32,000 nt of DNA from Halalkalibacterium halodurans (GCF_004376175.1 NZ_SNUY01000004.1:9789-41788), one strand, 5' to 3'; positions 10,854 through 18,921 are shown, numbered from the stretch's first letter. Program-made: numbers and translations. The notes: generated by a model not told the origin, from the sequence alone.

Positions 10854-11246
10854 TCATGTTAATGTTTCTATTATTGGACACGAATGTAATTGCTTTTCAT
10901 CTGGACATCGTTGTTTTAAGTCGTCTAACATAGTTTCAATTCGTTTTAAATCCTCTATTTGTTTTTGCACTTCCTTTTGTTTTTTAGAAACAAATTCGAA
11001 CATATCTTGACAACGAACTTCATCTTTATCTACAACACCAAGTAATTTATAAATCTCGCTTAAAGAAAAACCAAGTTCCTGTATTCGTTTAATAAACCCA
11101 ACACGCTTAACGTCATCATATGAATATATCCGATAACCAGCTTCCGTTCGGTGAGGTTCTTGTAATAAATTTTTTCGCTCGTAATATCTGATCGTTTCTT
11201 TATTAACTCCACATTTATCTGCAAACTCACTAATGCGATAAATCAT
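10854..11246 (-). CDS. merR: Hg(II)-responsive MerR transcriptional regulator
   Basis: MerR-type wHTH ([21 protein letters not shown]) with Cys at residues 79, 114 and 123. These are the three Hg-ligand positions I remember for Gram-positive MerR. It is the first gene of the operon, as in Gram-positive mer loci. Confidence 0.93.
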   Translation of the reverse strand: MIYRISEFADKCGVNKETIRYYERKNLLQEPHRTEAGYRIYSYDDVKRVGFIKRIQELGFSLSEIYKLLGVVDKDEVRCQDMFEFVSKKQKEVQKQIEDLKRIETMLDDLKQRCPDEKQLHSCPIIETLT

Positions 11247-11265
11247 CTTATTTCACCCCATGAAT

Positions 11266-11297
11266 ATTATAAACCGTGTACCATAGTACACGGTCAA
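11266..11297 (-). promoter_or_regulatory. mer promoter/operator with over-long spacer and MerR dyad
   Basis: Minus strand: TTGACC (11297-11292), a spacer of 20 nt by my count, then TATAAT (11271-11266). The spacer holds the perfect dyad ACCGTGTAC-n4-GTACACGGT (11273-11294). A 19-20 nt spacer with a central dyad is the signature of MerR-activated promoters. Confidence 0.85.
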
Positions 11298-11493
11298 GTG
11301 AATTGGACTATTTTATTTTTTTCCCAAAGTATCACTCGTATGTGATTGATACTTTTATATAATACTATTGATTATCCTAACATCCCACCAGAAAATCCGA
11401 TTTAAACACCAGTTGTTTTTAAACTATTAAGAAAGTAATTCCACTATATATTCCGAAGACCCTAAAAAACTAAAGGTGTGAGGTGACGATTTA

Positions 11494-13329
11494 GTGAAAC
11501 CAATGCTTTTACAGACGACGACCGATTTACCGACAGGCGATAACTGGCGCTATGAAGTGAAGTACGATGGGTTTCGTACGATCCTCTTTTGGACAAAGGA
11601 GACGATTCGCCTTGAGAGCAGAAATGAACGACTTTTGACCGATCAGTTTCCTGAAATACACGATTTTTGCCAACGAATTTCCAATAAAGTGGAAGCCTGG
11701 CTCCCTATAACGATTGATGGTGAGCTTGTCCATCTTGTTAGCCCGTACCGAGCCCACTTTGCCCCGATTCAGACGCGATCGTTTATGCGTAAGCACGAAA
11801 CGATTGCAGCTAGTAGCATTAAGACACCTGCTACTTTATTGGCGTTTGACATCCTTGAACTAAAAGGAAAAACGCTTGTAGACTTACCGTATGATGAACG
11901 AAAAAAACAACTTAAGGCCCTCCTAAAGGCGATCGATGTTCCGTTAGAACCAACGATCCAATCGAATGCGTGCTTGCAAATGATCCCAGCACAAACCGAT
12001 GGTCAAGCCCTTTGGCAAGCCGTAGAGCTCCATCACGGGGAAGGAGTCGTCGCTAAGGATAGGTTCTCCGATTGGACAGAAGGAAAACGCACAAATCGCT
12101 GGTTAAAAAAGAAGAATTTTCGACAGGTGACCGTTTTTTTAACGGCCTATGATCCTGTGAACGGCTATTTTCATTTTGCTGTCTATCGGGATGGAACTAG
12201 CCTAGAGGTTGGAAATGTCACCCACGGTTTTGAGGATCACGAACGAGAAACACTCATTGCTTTTATGAAACAAAATGGAATGAAAAAAGGGAAAAGATAT
12301 GTCCTTGAACCGTCCGTTTGCTTTGATGTAGATTGCATCGATTTTGATGGGAAACATTTGCGCGAACCGATGTTCCATCGATTCAGACTCGATGTCAAAC
12401 CTGCACAATGCACGTGGAAATCGCTGCAAAGACAGCTAGCCCCGCTGCCTCCACAAGTTGAGATAACTCATCCAGATAAGCCGCTTTGGCCGAGACAAAT
12501 GATTCAAAAGATCGATTATCTTTACTATTTGCAGGAGGTTGCGCCTGCGATGTTACCTTTTTTAAAAGATCGACCATTGACCGTCATCCGTTACCCTCAC
12601 GGTGTACGAAGCAACACAGAGCGCGAGGCATTCTATCAAAAGAACTGCCCCGATTATGCCCCGTCGTTTGTTAAAACGGTTCGTTTAGACGAAATCCGTT
12701 ATATTGTATGCAATGATATTCAAACATTAGTTTGGCTCGGAAACCAGCTTGCACTTGAATTTCATATCCCTTATCACCCCGTTCCTTACACAAAGCCGAG
12801 TGAGATTGTTTTTGACTTAGACCCACCATCAATTAGTCAGTTTTCACTTGCTGTTAAGGCGGCTCAACTAATGAAAAACATGTTCGATGCCCTTAAATTA
12901 CAATCATTTGTGAAAACATCGGGAGGAAAAGGGTTACAGCTCTACTTGCCACTCCCAGACAACACGTTCACCTATGACGATACTCGATTATTTTCGAAAA
13001 CGGTTTGCGAGTTGCTTTGCAGCCAATTCCCTGAAGATTTCACGACCGAACGATTAAAAAAACACCGAGGACAGCGGCTCTATTTAGATTACTTACAGCA
13101 CGATGAAGGAAAAACGATCGTCGCCCCCTTTTCTCCCCGAGGCAATGAAGGAGGATTTATCGCGACCCCTTTACGTTGGGAAGAAGTGACTAACACCTTA
13201 TCTCCCGATCAATTTCCGATGAAAGCTGTCCTAGAGCGGTACCGAAACGGCATTCAGCCTTTTGCAACCTTTGCCGAGGCAAAGAAAACTCAGCCTTTTG
13301 CCGACGTTTTAAAAAAATTCAAACGTTAA
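11494..13329 (+). CDS. ligD: ATP-dependent DNA ligase D (ligase domain + primase-polymerase domain)
   Basis: N-terminal adenylation motif EVKYDGFR. The C-terminal half has the LigD PolDom pattern (VFDLDPP, KTSGGKGLQLYLPL, YLDYLQ). No phosphoesterase domain, as in Bacillus YkoU. GTG start with AGGTGA 7 nt upstream; ATG at 11503 is an alternative. Confidence 0.93.
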   Translation: MKPMLLQTTTDLPTGDNWRYEVKYDGFRTILFWTKETIRLESRNERLLTDQFPEIHDFCQRISNKVEAWLPITIDGELVHLVSPYRAHFAPIQTRSFMRKHETIAASSIKTPATLLAFDILELKGKTLVDLPYDERKKQLKALLKAIDVPLEPTIQSNACLQMIPAQTDGQALWQAVELHHGEGVVAKDRFSDWTEGKRTNRWLKKKNFRQVTVFLTAYDPVNGYFHFAVYRDGTSLEVGNVTHGFEDHERETLIAFMKQNGMKKGKRYVLEPSVCFDVDCIDFDGKHLREPMFHRFRLDVKPAQCTWKSLQRQLAPLPPQVEITHPDKPLWPRQMIQKIDYLYYLQEVAPAMLPFLKDRPLTVIRYPHGVRSNTEREAFYQKNCPDYAPSFVKTVRLDEIRYIVCNDIQTLVWLGNQLALEFHIPYHPVPYTKPSEIVFDLDPPSISQFSLAVKAAQLMKNMFDALKLQSFVKTSGGKGLQLYLPLPDNTFTYDDTRLFSKTVCELLCSQFPEDFTTERLKKHRGQRLYLDYLQHDEGKTIVAPFSPRGNEGGFIATPLRWEEVTNTLSPDQFPMKAVLERYRNGIQPFATFAEAKKTQPFADVLKKFKR

Positions 13330-13361
13330 TCGCTCGCAAAATGTTTCATCATGCGAGCGAT
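13329..13361 (+). terminator. Terminator of ligD
   Basis: atcgctcgca / tgcgagcgat form a perfect 10-bp stem that starts on the last base of the ligD stop codon. It is followed by ttatt. Confidence 0.65.
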
Positions 13362-13564
13362 TATTAAGTTTACATAATGAAATTATGGTTTATTAATTTT
13401 AACAGGAACATTCGTTCTACATCTTTTGCTGTATGATGTCCAAGACGAATTTCGTAAGCAGCCTCGTTCTTGCTGACGATGAGCGAAAGAAAAAAACTTA
13501 ATACACTAGCATTGTAACGATGAGTTCACAGCTCACAGTCCTTACAATGAAAGGTGGATAAACG

Positions 13565-14299
13565 ATGAATGATACAAAAGTAGTGATGATAACTGGAGCA
13601 TCAAAAGGGCTAGGAAAAGCATTAGCGCTCACATTTGCGAGAAACCATTGGTCCTTAGCCTTGTGTGCAAGAAATGAGCAGGCGCTAGAAGCTGTTAAAC
13701 AAGAGGCGTTAGAATCCGGAGCTGAATCGGTTCTCGCCATCCAAGCAGATGGTGCAGTAGAAAAGGATATGGATCGATTCGTCTCTTTAACGGAATCAAC
13801 GTTCGGACACATTGACGTACTCATTGTCAATGCCTCCATTTTCGGCCCTGGGCCGGCATGGCTTCTCGATTATGATCTCTCTTCATTCCAAGACGTTTTG
13901 CTGACGAATGTCCTCCATTCGTTTATGATTACGAAACGTGTGCTACCAGGCATGCTTCAACGAAAGAAAGGAACCATTTTACATGTCACATCAGAGGCAG
14001 GAAAAACAGGCTTTGCCGAATGGGGGGCTTACGGGATTAGCAAATTTGCGCTGGAAGGCTTAGCTGAGACATGGGCTAATGAGCTAACGGAGACGGATAT
14101 TGCTCTTAGCTGGATCGACCCTGGTGAAATGGATACAGACATGCACGCCATCGCTGTTCCTGATTGCGATTACCCTCTTGCAAAACCAGAAGATGTAGCA
14201 AATGTATTTTTCGCGATTGCTAGCCGAAAGCGAGAGGAAGTTCACGGCAAACGTTTTGAGGCGCAGGCATTGATGACAAAAGGAGGGGTAAGCTTATGA
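13565..14299 (+). CDS. Short-chain dehydrogenase/reductase (SDR) family oxidoreductase
   Basis: TGASKGLGKA cofactor motif, NAS, and catalytic YGISK (YxxxK). AAAGGTGGA lies upstream of the ATG. Confidence 0.9.
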   Translation: MNDTKVVMITGASKGLGKALALTFARNHWSLALCARNEQALEAVKQEALESGAESVLAIQADGAVEKDMDRFVSLTESTFGHIDVLIVNASIFGPGPAWLLDYDLSSFQDVLLTNVLHSFMITKRVLPGMLQRKKGTILHVTSEAGKTGFAEWGAYGISKFALEGLAETWANELTETDIALSWIDPGEMDTDMHAIAVPDCDYPLAKPEDVANVFFAIASRKREEVHGKRFEAQALMTKGGVSL

Positions 14300-15306
14300 A
14301 TCACGCACCGACGTTCTCCATCCCTGATCATCTAAACGCAAGTGAACCGATTGAACGGCAAGGGAAACAGCGAAGTGATGTGAGAATGCTCGTTCTCGAT
14401 CGAGACTCTCACCGAACATTCCATGAGCCTTTTACGGCAATTGCGAACTATTTACAACAGGGGGATATCCTCGTCTTAAATCGAAGCCGTTCGATCCCTT
14501 CCCGATTAATCGGGTCGCTACACGGGGAAACCATTGAGCTCCGGCTGTCCCATGAACGGAGGGACGGCCTATGGGATGGATTAATTCTTAGTTCTAGTGA
14601 GCTACACGCCGGTGATAGGATCTTTTTATCTTCAAGTCTTTCGGCCACACTTATAGAGAAAGATGAACATACCCCATTATGGAGGGTGGCGTTTAGTAAA
14701 AGAGGCGCTCAACTACTTGAATATGTTTATCGTTATGGAGAGCCGATCGGCTACGAGTATATTAAGAGCTCCCTTTCGATCCAAGACTATCAAACCGTCT
14801 ACAGCTCCGCTCCTGGTTCTGTGGAAATGTGCTCTGCGGGAAGACCGTTTACGTGGCAGCTGCTAGCGCGCTTAAAACAAAAAGGTGTCCGCATCGCCTT
14901 TTTAGAGCTTCATACTGGGTTAAGTTATTATGAAAACGACGTGTGGCCAGATCCTGCACACCATCCTGAACATTACCATATCCCGAAGGAAACAATCGAG
15001 GAGCTAAAGAAAGGAAAACGTATAATTGCCGTCGGAACAACGGTCGTCCGAGCATTAGAAACATACGCCCAAACAAATCGTTCACAAGGAACAACGACGC
15101 TATCCATTGATGCTGGCTATGAACTGCAGTTAGCAACTGGCCTATTGACAGGATTTCATGAGCCTCAGGCTAGCCACCTTCATATGCTAGCAGCCTTCGT
15201 CCAAGAACAAGAGCTATTTCGCGTGTACGAACAGGCGATCAGGCAAGGCTATCAATGGCATGAATTTGTGGACGTGAACTTCATTCTCCCGCTAGGAGAT
15301 ATGTGA
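14296..15306 (+). CDS. QueA-family (S-adenosylmethionine:tRNA ribosyltransferase-isomerase-like) protein, probable paralog
   Basis: Collinear with QueA as I remember it: GDILVLNRSRSIPSRL (compare GDLLVFNNTRVIPARL), YQTVYSSAPGSVEMCSAGRPF (compare [21 protein letters not shown]), IAVGTTVVRALE (compare AVGTTSVRSLE), TGFHEPQASHLHMLAAF (compare TNFHLPESTLIMLVSAF). The start overlaps the SDR stop (ATGA). Confidence 0.8.
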   Translation: MNHAPTFSIPDHLNASEPIERQGKQRSDVRMLVLDRDSHRTFHEPFTAIANYLQQGDILVLNRSRSIPSRLIGSLHGETIELRLSHERRDGLWDGLILSSSELHAGDRIFLSSSLSATLIEKDEHTPLWRVAFSKRGAQLLEYVYRYGEPIGYEYIKSSLSIQDYQTVYSSAPGSVEMCSAGRPFTWQLLARLKQKGVRIAFLELHTGLSYYENDVWPDPAHHPEHYHIPKETIEELKKGKRIIAVGTTVVRALETYAQTNRSQGTTTLSIDAGYELQLATGLLTGFHEPQASHLHMLAAFVQEQELFRVYEQAIRQGYQWHEFVDVNFILPLGDM

Positions 15307-15653
15307 TGAACTGGGATCATGTCGGAATGGAAACAAGTCGCCTTGATGAGACACTGAAGTTTTATGAAACGTTCTTCAAGTTCGAAGAAGAACAAGCGAT
15401 TACATTTCAAGAGGAGAACATCCTCTTCATCCGCCGAGGAGTCATCCGACTCGAATTAATTGAAAATCAGCAAGCCTCTCCCCCTTCTCAACAGCTTCAT
15501 ATATGCTGGCGAGTCCCTTCATTGAAAAAGGAAATGATTCGGCTTCAGAAGCTCGGCCTTTTACCAGTTGAGGGTCCCTTCGCCTTCGACCTGTTTAAAA
15601 CGGTTTTCTACAAAGGCCCTAACAATGAAATCATTGGACTGATTCAAAGGTGA
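15303..15653 (+). CDS. VOC (glyoxalase/bleomycin-resistance/dioxygenase) superfamily protein
   Basis: About 115 aa. The WDHVGMETSRLDETLKFYETFF N-terminus and later RLELIE / H-x-C segments fit the paired beta-alpha-beta-beta-beta VOC fold. The start (GTG 15303 or ATG 15306) overlaps the QueA-like stop. Confidence 0.7.
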   Translation: MMNWDHVGMETSRLDETLKFYETFFKFEEEQAITFQEENILFIRRGVIRLELIENQQASPPSQQLHICWRVPSLKKEMIRLQKLGLLPVEGPFAFDLFKTVFYKGPNNEIIGLIQR

Positions 15654-15672
15654 CACTCTGTCTCACCTTTGA
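15644..15672. terminator. Hairpin between convergent VOC and response-regulator genes
   Basis: aaaggtga (15646-15653) pairs with tcaccttt (15663-15670). It overlaps the VOC stop and lies 9 nt from the regulator stop. Confidence 0.5.
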
Positions 15673-15678
15673 ATCAGG

Positions 15679-16332
15679 TTAAAACCGATCATACTCAGAG
15701 ATTCCATACTTTATCGCAAAAAGGGCTGCCTGCGTCCGATCATGAACATCCAACTTCCAAAAAATATTTAATACATGGGTTTTCACCGTCTTTTCAGAAA
15801 TGTGCAACTCGCTCGCAATTTCTTTGTTACTTTGCCCTTTGGCCAATTCTCGTAATACGTCTTTTTCTCGATTCGTTAAGTCTCTTAACCGCTTCTCTTC
15901 CTCAGACTCGTCCCCGTTCATCCTCGTCAGCACATGCTTGGTCACTTTCGGGTGTAAACGGCTCTCTCCTGAGCAAACGGCACGAATCGTTTCTGCAAGC
16001 ATTTCCGGGTCTACTTCCTTCAATTGATAACCATTTGCCCCTGCTTGCAGTGCAGGAATCACCGACTCTCTTTCTGCACTACTTGATAAAACGACAACAT
16101 GTACAGTTGGCCATTTTTGTTTAATTTTCTTCGTCGCTTCTATCCCATTTATTCCTGGCATGATGACGTCCATTAATACAATGTCAGGTTGGACTTTTTC
16201 AACTAAGGTAAGGGCTGCCTCACCATCTTCAGCTTCCCCTACAATGGTAAAATCGTGATAGGTTTCTAAAAAGTAGATCAACCCTTTGCGAACGACATGA
16301 TGATCATCCACTACTGCAATCCGAATACTCAT
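15679..16332 (-). CDS. NarL/LuxR-family two-component response regulator
   Basis: Receiver domain (VVDDHHVV...DIVLMDVIMPGINGIE...VVVLSS) plus a C-terminal LuxR HTH (LTNREKDVLRELAKGQSNKEIASELHISEKTVKTH). Confidence 0.93.
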   Translation of the reverse strand: MSIRIAVVDDHHVVRKGLIYFLETYHDFTIVGEAEDGEAALTLVEKVQPDIVLMDVIMPGINGIEATKKIKQKWPTVHVVVLSSSAERESVIPALQAGANGYQLKEVDPEMLAETIRAVCSGESRLHPKVTKHVLTRMNGDESEEEKRLRDLTNREKDVLRELAKGQSNKEIASELHISEKTVKTHVLNIFWKLDVHDRTQAALFAIKYGISEYDRF

Positions 16333-17765
16333 CCTTGCTCCTCCTCATCAAACGGGACATGAATGGAAATAACCGTTCCCTCACCCGGTTGAGAGCGAAC
16401 ATGTATCATTCCCCCTATTTGCTTCGCCCTCTCTTTCATATGTTTCATTCCGAATCCTTCTGCATTGGTTTCCTTTATTCCACAGCCATCATCCTGAATT
16501 GAAATAATCCCCGTCCCTCGATTCTTGTACATGTGTACGACAACGTTCGAAGGATTGGCATGCTTTTTACAGTTGTTTAACGCCTCTTGAACAATCGGAA
16601 ATAGCGCAGCCTCTTTTGCCTTTGACCACCGGATTACTTCACAGCTTGAGAAAGAAACCGGCAGTTGAATTTGACCTGCATACGTTTCAATTGCGAAAAT
16701 CAACCCTTTTTCAAGCCCGAGTGGTCGCAATTGCCAAATGAGATGACGCATCTCCACCATTGCTTCGGAAGAAAGCTGTTGAATCATCGCAAGCGGTTTT
16801 TTTAAAGTATCGTCCTTCGTCCGTTGCTCCCCTCCTTTAGCTGTTAGCCCGATCGAAAAAAGGAGTTGGTTAACCGAATCATGTAAATCTTGGGCGAGCC
16901 GTTGCCGCTCTTGGGAGATTAATACGTCCGTTGCCACCTCTTGTAATCGCTCTCTTTCGATGAATAATGCAAGATGATTCGCAATTCGCTCAATCAATTT
17001 TGCTTCTATCTTTGAAAATGATGGCGCGTATACCGTTAGACAAATCTTTGTATCACCCATCTGCTCATTAGTGGTTCGTGCTTTTTCATCGCTTTTCCCA
17101 TAAAAGATCGTAGCCCCATTTGTTAGCGTAAGTGATAGTCCAGACCACGAGAAGTAATCGAGAAGGGATTGGGAGGTCTCCCTTTCAATTCCCTTTCTTC
17201 TACTTTTATTTACGTAGGTAACCCATTGATTAAAATTTTCAAACAGATTCGCCCGGAGCTTTTCTTCTTCTAACAATTGAATCCGATGAACTGCCGCTCC
17301 CATTTGATAAGCAATCACTTCAAGAATCTCTAATTCTTCTTCTTGAAAATGAAATTTTTCAGAGGCCGCTACGTTCATCAAACCGTATGTTCGATCCCCA
17401 GCACGAATCGGGATCGTCGCATGGTGAGTAATTTGCGCGGTCGATCCCCAGTTGTTGAGCTTAGCCCGTTCAAGACGACGACACTCTAAAATATTGACCG
17501 CCCCTTGTAGCTTGCCATGGTGTAAACGATCGACACACCAACAGCTTCCTTCGCACATGGGCCGAAACTGATCGTGAACGAGTCCTTCCGGTAAGTTTGA
17601 ATGGGCCACTAAATGTTGCTTCTCTCCTTCCACCATAAAGATCCAGCCAGTGTCAAGCCTCGTTAATTCTAACGTTTTCTCAAGCACACGCTGGAACATT
17701 CTTTGGAGATTTTCACCTTCGTGTAAGGTTTTCGAAAGTTCTTTTAAGATGTGAATCGATCTCAT
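16329..17765 (-). CDS. Cytoplasmic GAF-domain sensor histidine kinase (HisKA_3 / NarL-partner type)
   Basis: No TM segments are evident. N-terminal GAF-like region, H-box DLHDSVNQLLFS, and HATPase_c motifs (NNCKKHA, DDGCGI, GFGMKHMKERA). A 4-nt overlap with the response-regulator gene. Confidence 0.9.
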   Translation of the reverse strand: MRSIHILKELSKTLHEGENLQRMFQRVLEKTLELTRLDTGWIFMVEGEKQHLVAHSNLPEGLVHDQFRPMCEGSCWCVDRLHHGKLQGAVNILECRRLERAKLNNWGSTAQITHHATIPIRAGDRTYGLMNVAASEKFHFQEEELEILEVIAYQMGAAVHRIQLLEEEKLRANLFENFNQWVTYVNKSRRKGIERETSQSLLDYFSWSGLSLTLTNGATIFYGKSDEKARTTNEQMGDTKICLTVYAPSFSKIEAKLIERIANHLALFIERERLQEVATDVLISQERQRLAQDLHDSVNQLLFSIGLTAKGGEQRTKDDTLKKPLAMIQQLSSEAMVEMRHLIWQLRPLGLEKGLIFAIETYAGQIQLPVSFSSCEVIRWSKAKEAALFPIVQEALNNCKKHANPSNVVVHMYKNRGTGIISIQDDGCGIKETNAEGFGMKHMKERAKQIGGMIHVRSQPGEGTVISIHVPFDEEEQG

Positions 17766-17904
17766 CCTCTGTCTCCATTTCAGCTTTTACATTCATTGTA
17801 AAAGGACACTCCCCCAGTTGTAAACTTTCTGGCCCATAAACGTCTTCACCTTTTTCCTATGTTCCCCATACCATACAGTAGCTTTGAATTGGAGGAAGGC
17901 GTTT

Positions 17905-18873
17905 ATGAAACGATTCTGTTTACAAGGCATTGTCCTATTAACAGCGTTTTTATTAGCCATTTCTAGCTTTGTCCTTTTTGTCGTCCGAGATGATTATGAA
18001 ACGGGACAACTTATTCATAACGAAAAACCTAGTTGTTCGAAAAACGTGTTTATTTACCATACGGAAAAACAGGTGGAAATTACCAATGAAGAAAACGACG
18101 ACCAAAAGGAGAATGGCAACGGTGAAGAAGACGGAGTGCAGGAAGAGGAGCCTAGTGGAGAAAATGAAAATGGCGAGGAGAAGGAAGGGCAACGAGATGG
18201 TGACGACTTGCCCGAAATCGTATGGGGTGTTGATTCGGTGAATGTAACTGATTCCTCATTTCTTGATTGTGTCACGACAAACTTTGGCTCCCCTACCATT
18301 TGGGGGCGCTATTTAGGCGATAAAGAAGATGTATCATACGGACTGACTCCAGAAGAAATTGAGCTGTTACATGATCATGACATTTCGATTCTCATTATTT
18401 ACAACCAATTTATCGATGCGACTGGATATGAAACAGGAGTAAACGAAGCGGAAGGAGCGCTAGCGTTTGCTGAGGAGCTAGGCATACCTGAAGGGGTTGC
18501 TATTTTTGCAAACGTTGAGCCTGAATACCCTGTTGATGGTGCCTTTTTAGCTGGTTGGTACGATACGTTAACGGAAGCGAACTACCCGCCTGCTTTATAC
18601 GGATTGTTTGACGACGATAGCAATGTTACGATTGCACTCGAAGAAGCAAGAGAAGAAAACGAGACGATATTCGAAGAATTAATTTTATGGTCGAATCAAC
18701 CACAAGTCGGTATTACGTCAGAAGAAAATGCTCCTGATTCCTTCGACGTGAACGCTCCAGATGGCAGCCGCCCTCTCGGTTGGCAATACGGGCTTGAAGC
18801 GGATACGTGCAACATTGATACGAACCTATTTGTTGGAGAAATGCTAAATTATACGTGGGGAAGCGCTGAATAA
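17905..18873 (+). CDS. Membrane-anchored or secreted protein with an acidic linker and a DUF1906-like (glycoside-hydrolase-like) C-terminal domain
   Basis: GGAGGAAGG lies 5 nt upstream of ATG 17905; the TTG at 17884 in the track lies upstream of the RBS. N-terminal hydrophobic helix (GIVLLTAFLLAISSFVLFVV), a Glu/Asp/Asn/Gly-rich low-complexity stretch, then WGVDS...IWGRYLG...ILIIYNQF. I recall this as DUF1906-like, with modest certainty. Confidence 0.6.
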   Translation: MKRFCLQGIVLLTAFLLAISSFVLFVVRDDYETGQLIHNEKPSCSKNVFIYHTEKQVEITNEENDDQKENGNGEEDGVQEEEPSGENENGEEKEGQRDGDDLPEIVWGVDSVNVTDSSFLDCVTTNFGSPTIWGRYLGDKEDVSYGLTPEEIELLHDHDISILIIYNQFIDATGYETGVNEAEGALAFAEELGIPEGVAIFANVEPEYPVDGAFLAGWYDTLTEANYPPALYGLFDDDSNVTIALEEAREENETIFEELILWSNQPQVGITSEENAPDSFDVNAPDGSRPLGWQYGLEADTCNIDTNLFVGEMLNYTWGSAE

Positions 18874-18881
18874 CACGGTTA

Positions 18882-18914
18882 AAACCCCATGAAACGTATG
18901 ATTTCATGGGGTTT
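18882..18914. terminator. Bidirectional terminator between the DUF1906-like gene and treP
   Basis: aaaccccatgaaa / tttcatggggttt form a perfect 13-bp stem with a 7-nt loop, flanked by A on one side and T on the other. Confidence 0.85.
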
Positions 18915-18921
18915 GCTCTGC

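Larger units (their letters stand above)
7662..11425 (-). mobile_element. ISL3-family transposon-like unit carrying merR-merA as passenger genes (boundaries approximate)
   Basis: An intact ISL3-type transposase plus merA and merR, all on one strand. Spot counts of single 60-nt lines give about 30-38 % G+C here against 42-50 % in ku and ligD. The unit is bracketed by an imperfect inverted repeat, tcggatttcatggtgg (7679-7694) versus ccaccagaaaatccga (11385-11400), 14 of 16 positions. No target-site duplication could be defined. Confidence 0.6.

Noticed and set aside
7665-11418. 8-bp target-site duplication flanking the ISL3/mer unit
   Set aside because: The flanks (taaaaaac on the left, agttgttt on the right, and neighbouring offsets) do not repeat directly. 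Both sides are A/T runs, so the exact termini cannot be fixed from this window.
11298-11493. Hidden merT/merP-like small ORFs or other genes between the mer promoter and ligD
   Set aside because: There is no ORF with an RBS on either strand. The only ATG seen (atgtga) is followed immediately by a stop.
13362-13564. preQ1 or other riboswitch upstream of the SDR/QueA-like operon
   Set aside because: I found no match to the preQ1-I core I remember (an ...AGAGGUUC...CUA...AAAAAACUA type). Only a generic hairpin at 13510-13549 is present.
13498-13839. Minus-strand 113-aa ORF
   Set aside because: It is antisense to the 5' end of the SDR gene, which has clear cofactor motifs. It has no RBS.
15669-16124. 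Plus-strand 151-aa ORF, and 15800..16027
   Set aside because: Both are antisense to the response-regulator gene. The translations are low-complexity and Ser/Leu/Pro-rich.
17796-17824. Direct repeat TTGTAAA-n15-TTGTAAA in the kinase/DUF1906 intergenic region, as a response-regulator binding site
   Set aside because: A 7-mer recurring once within about 120 nt of AT-rich DNA is close to chance expectation.
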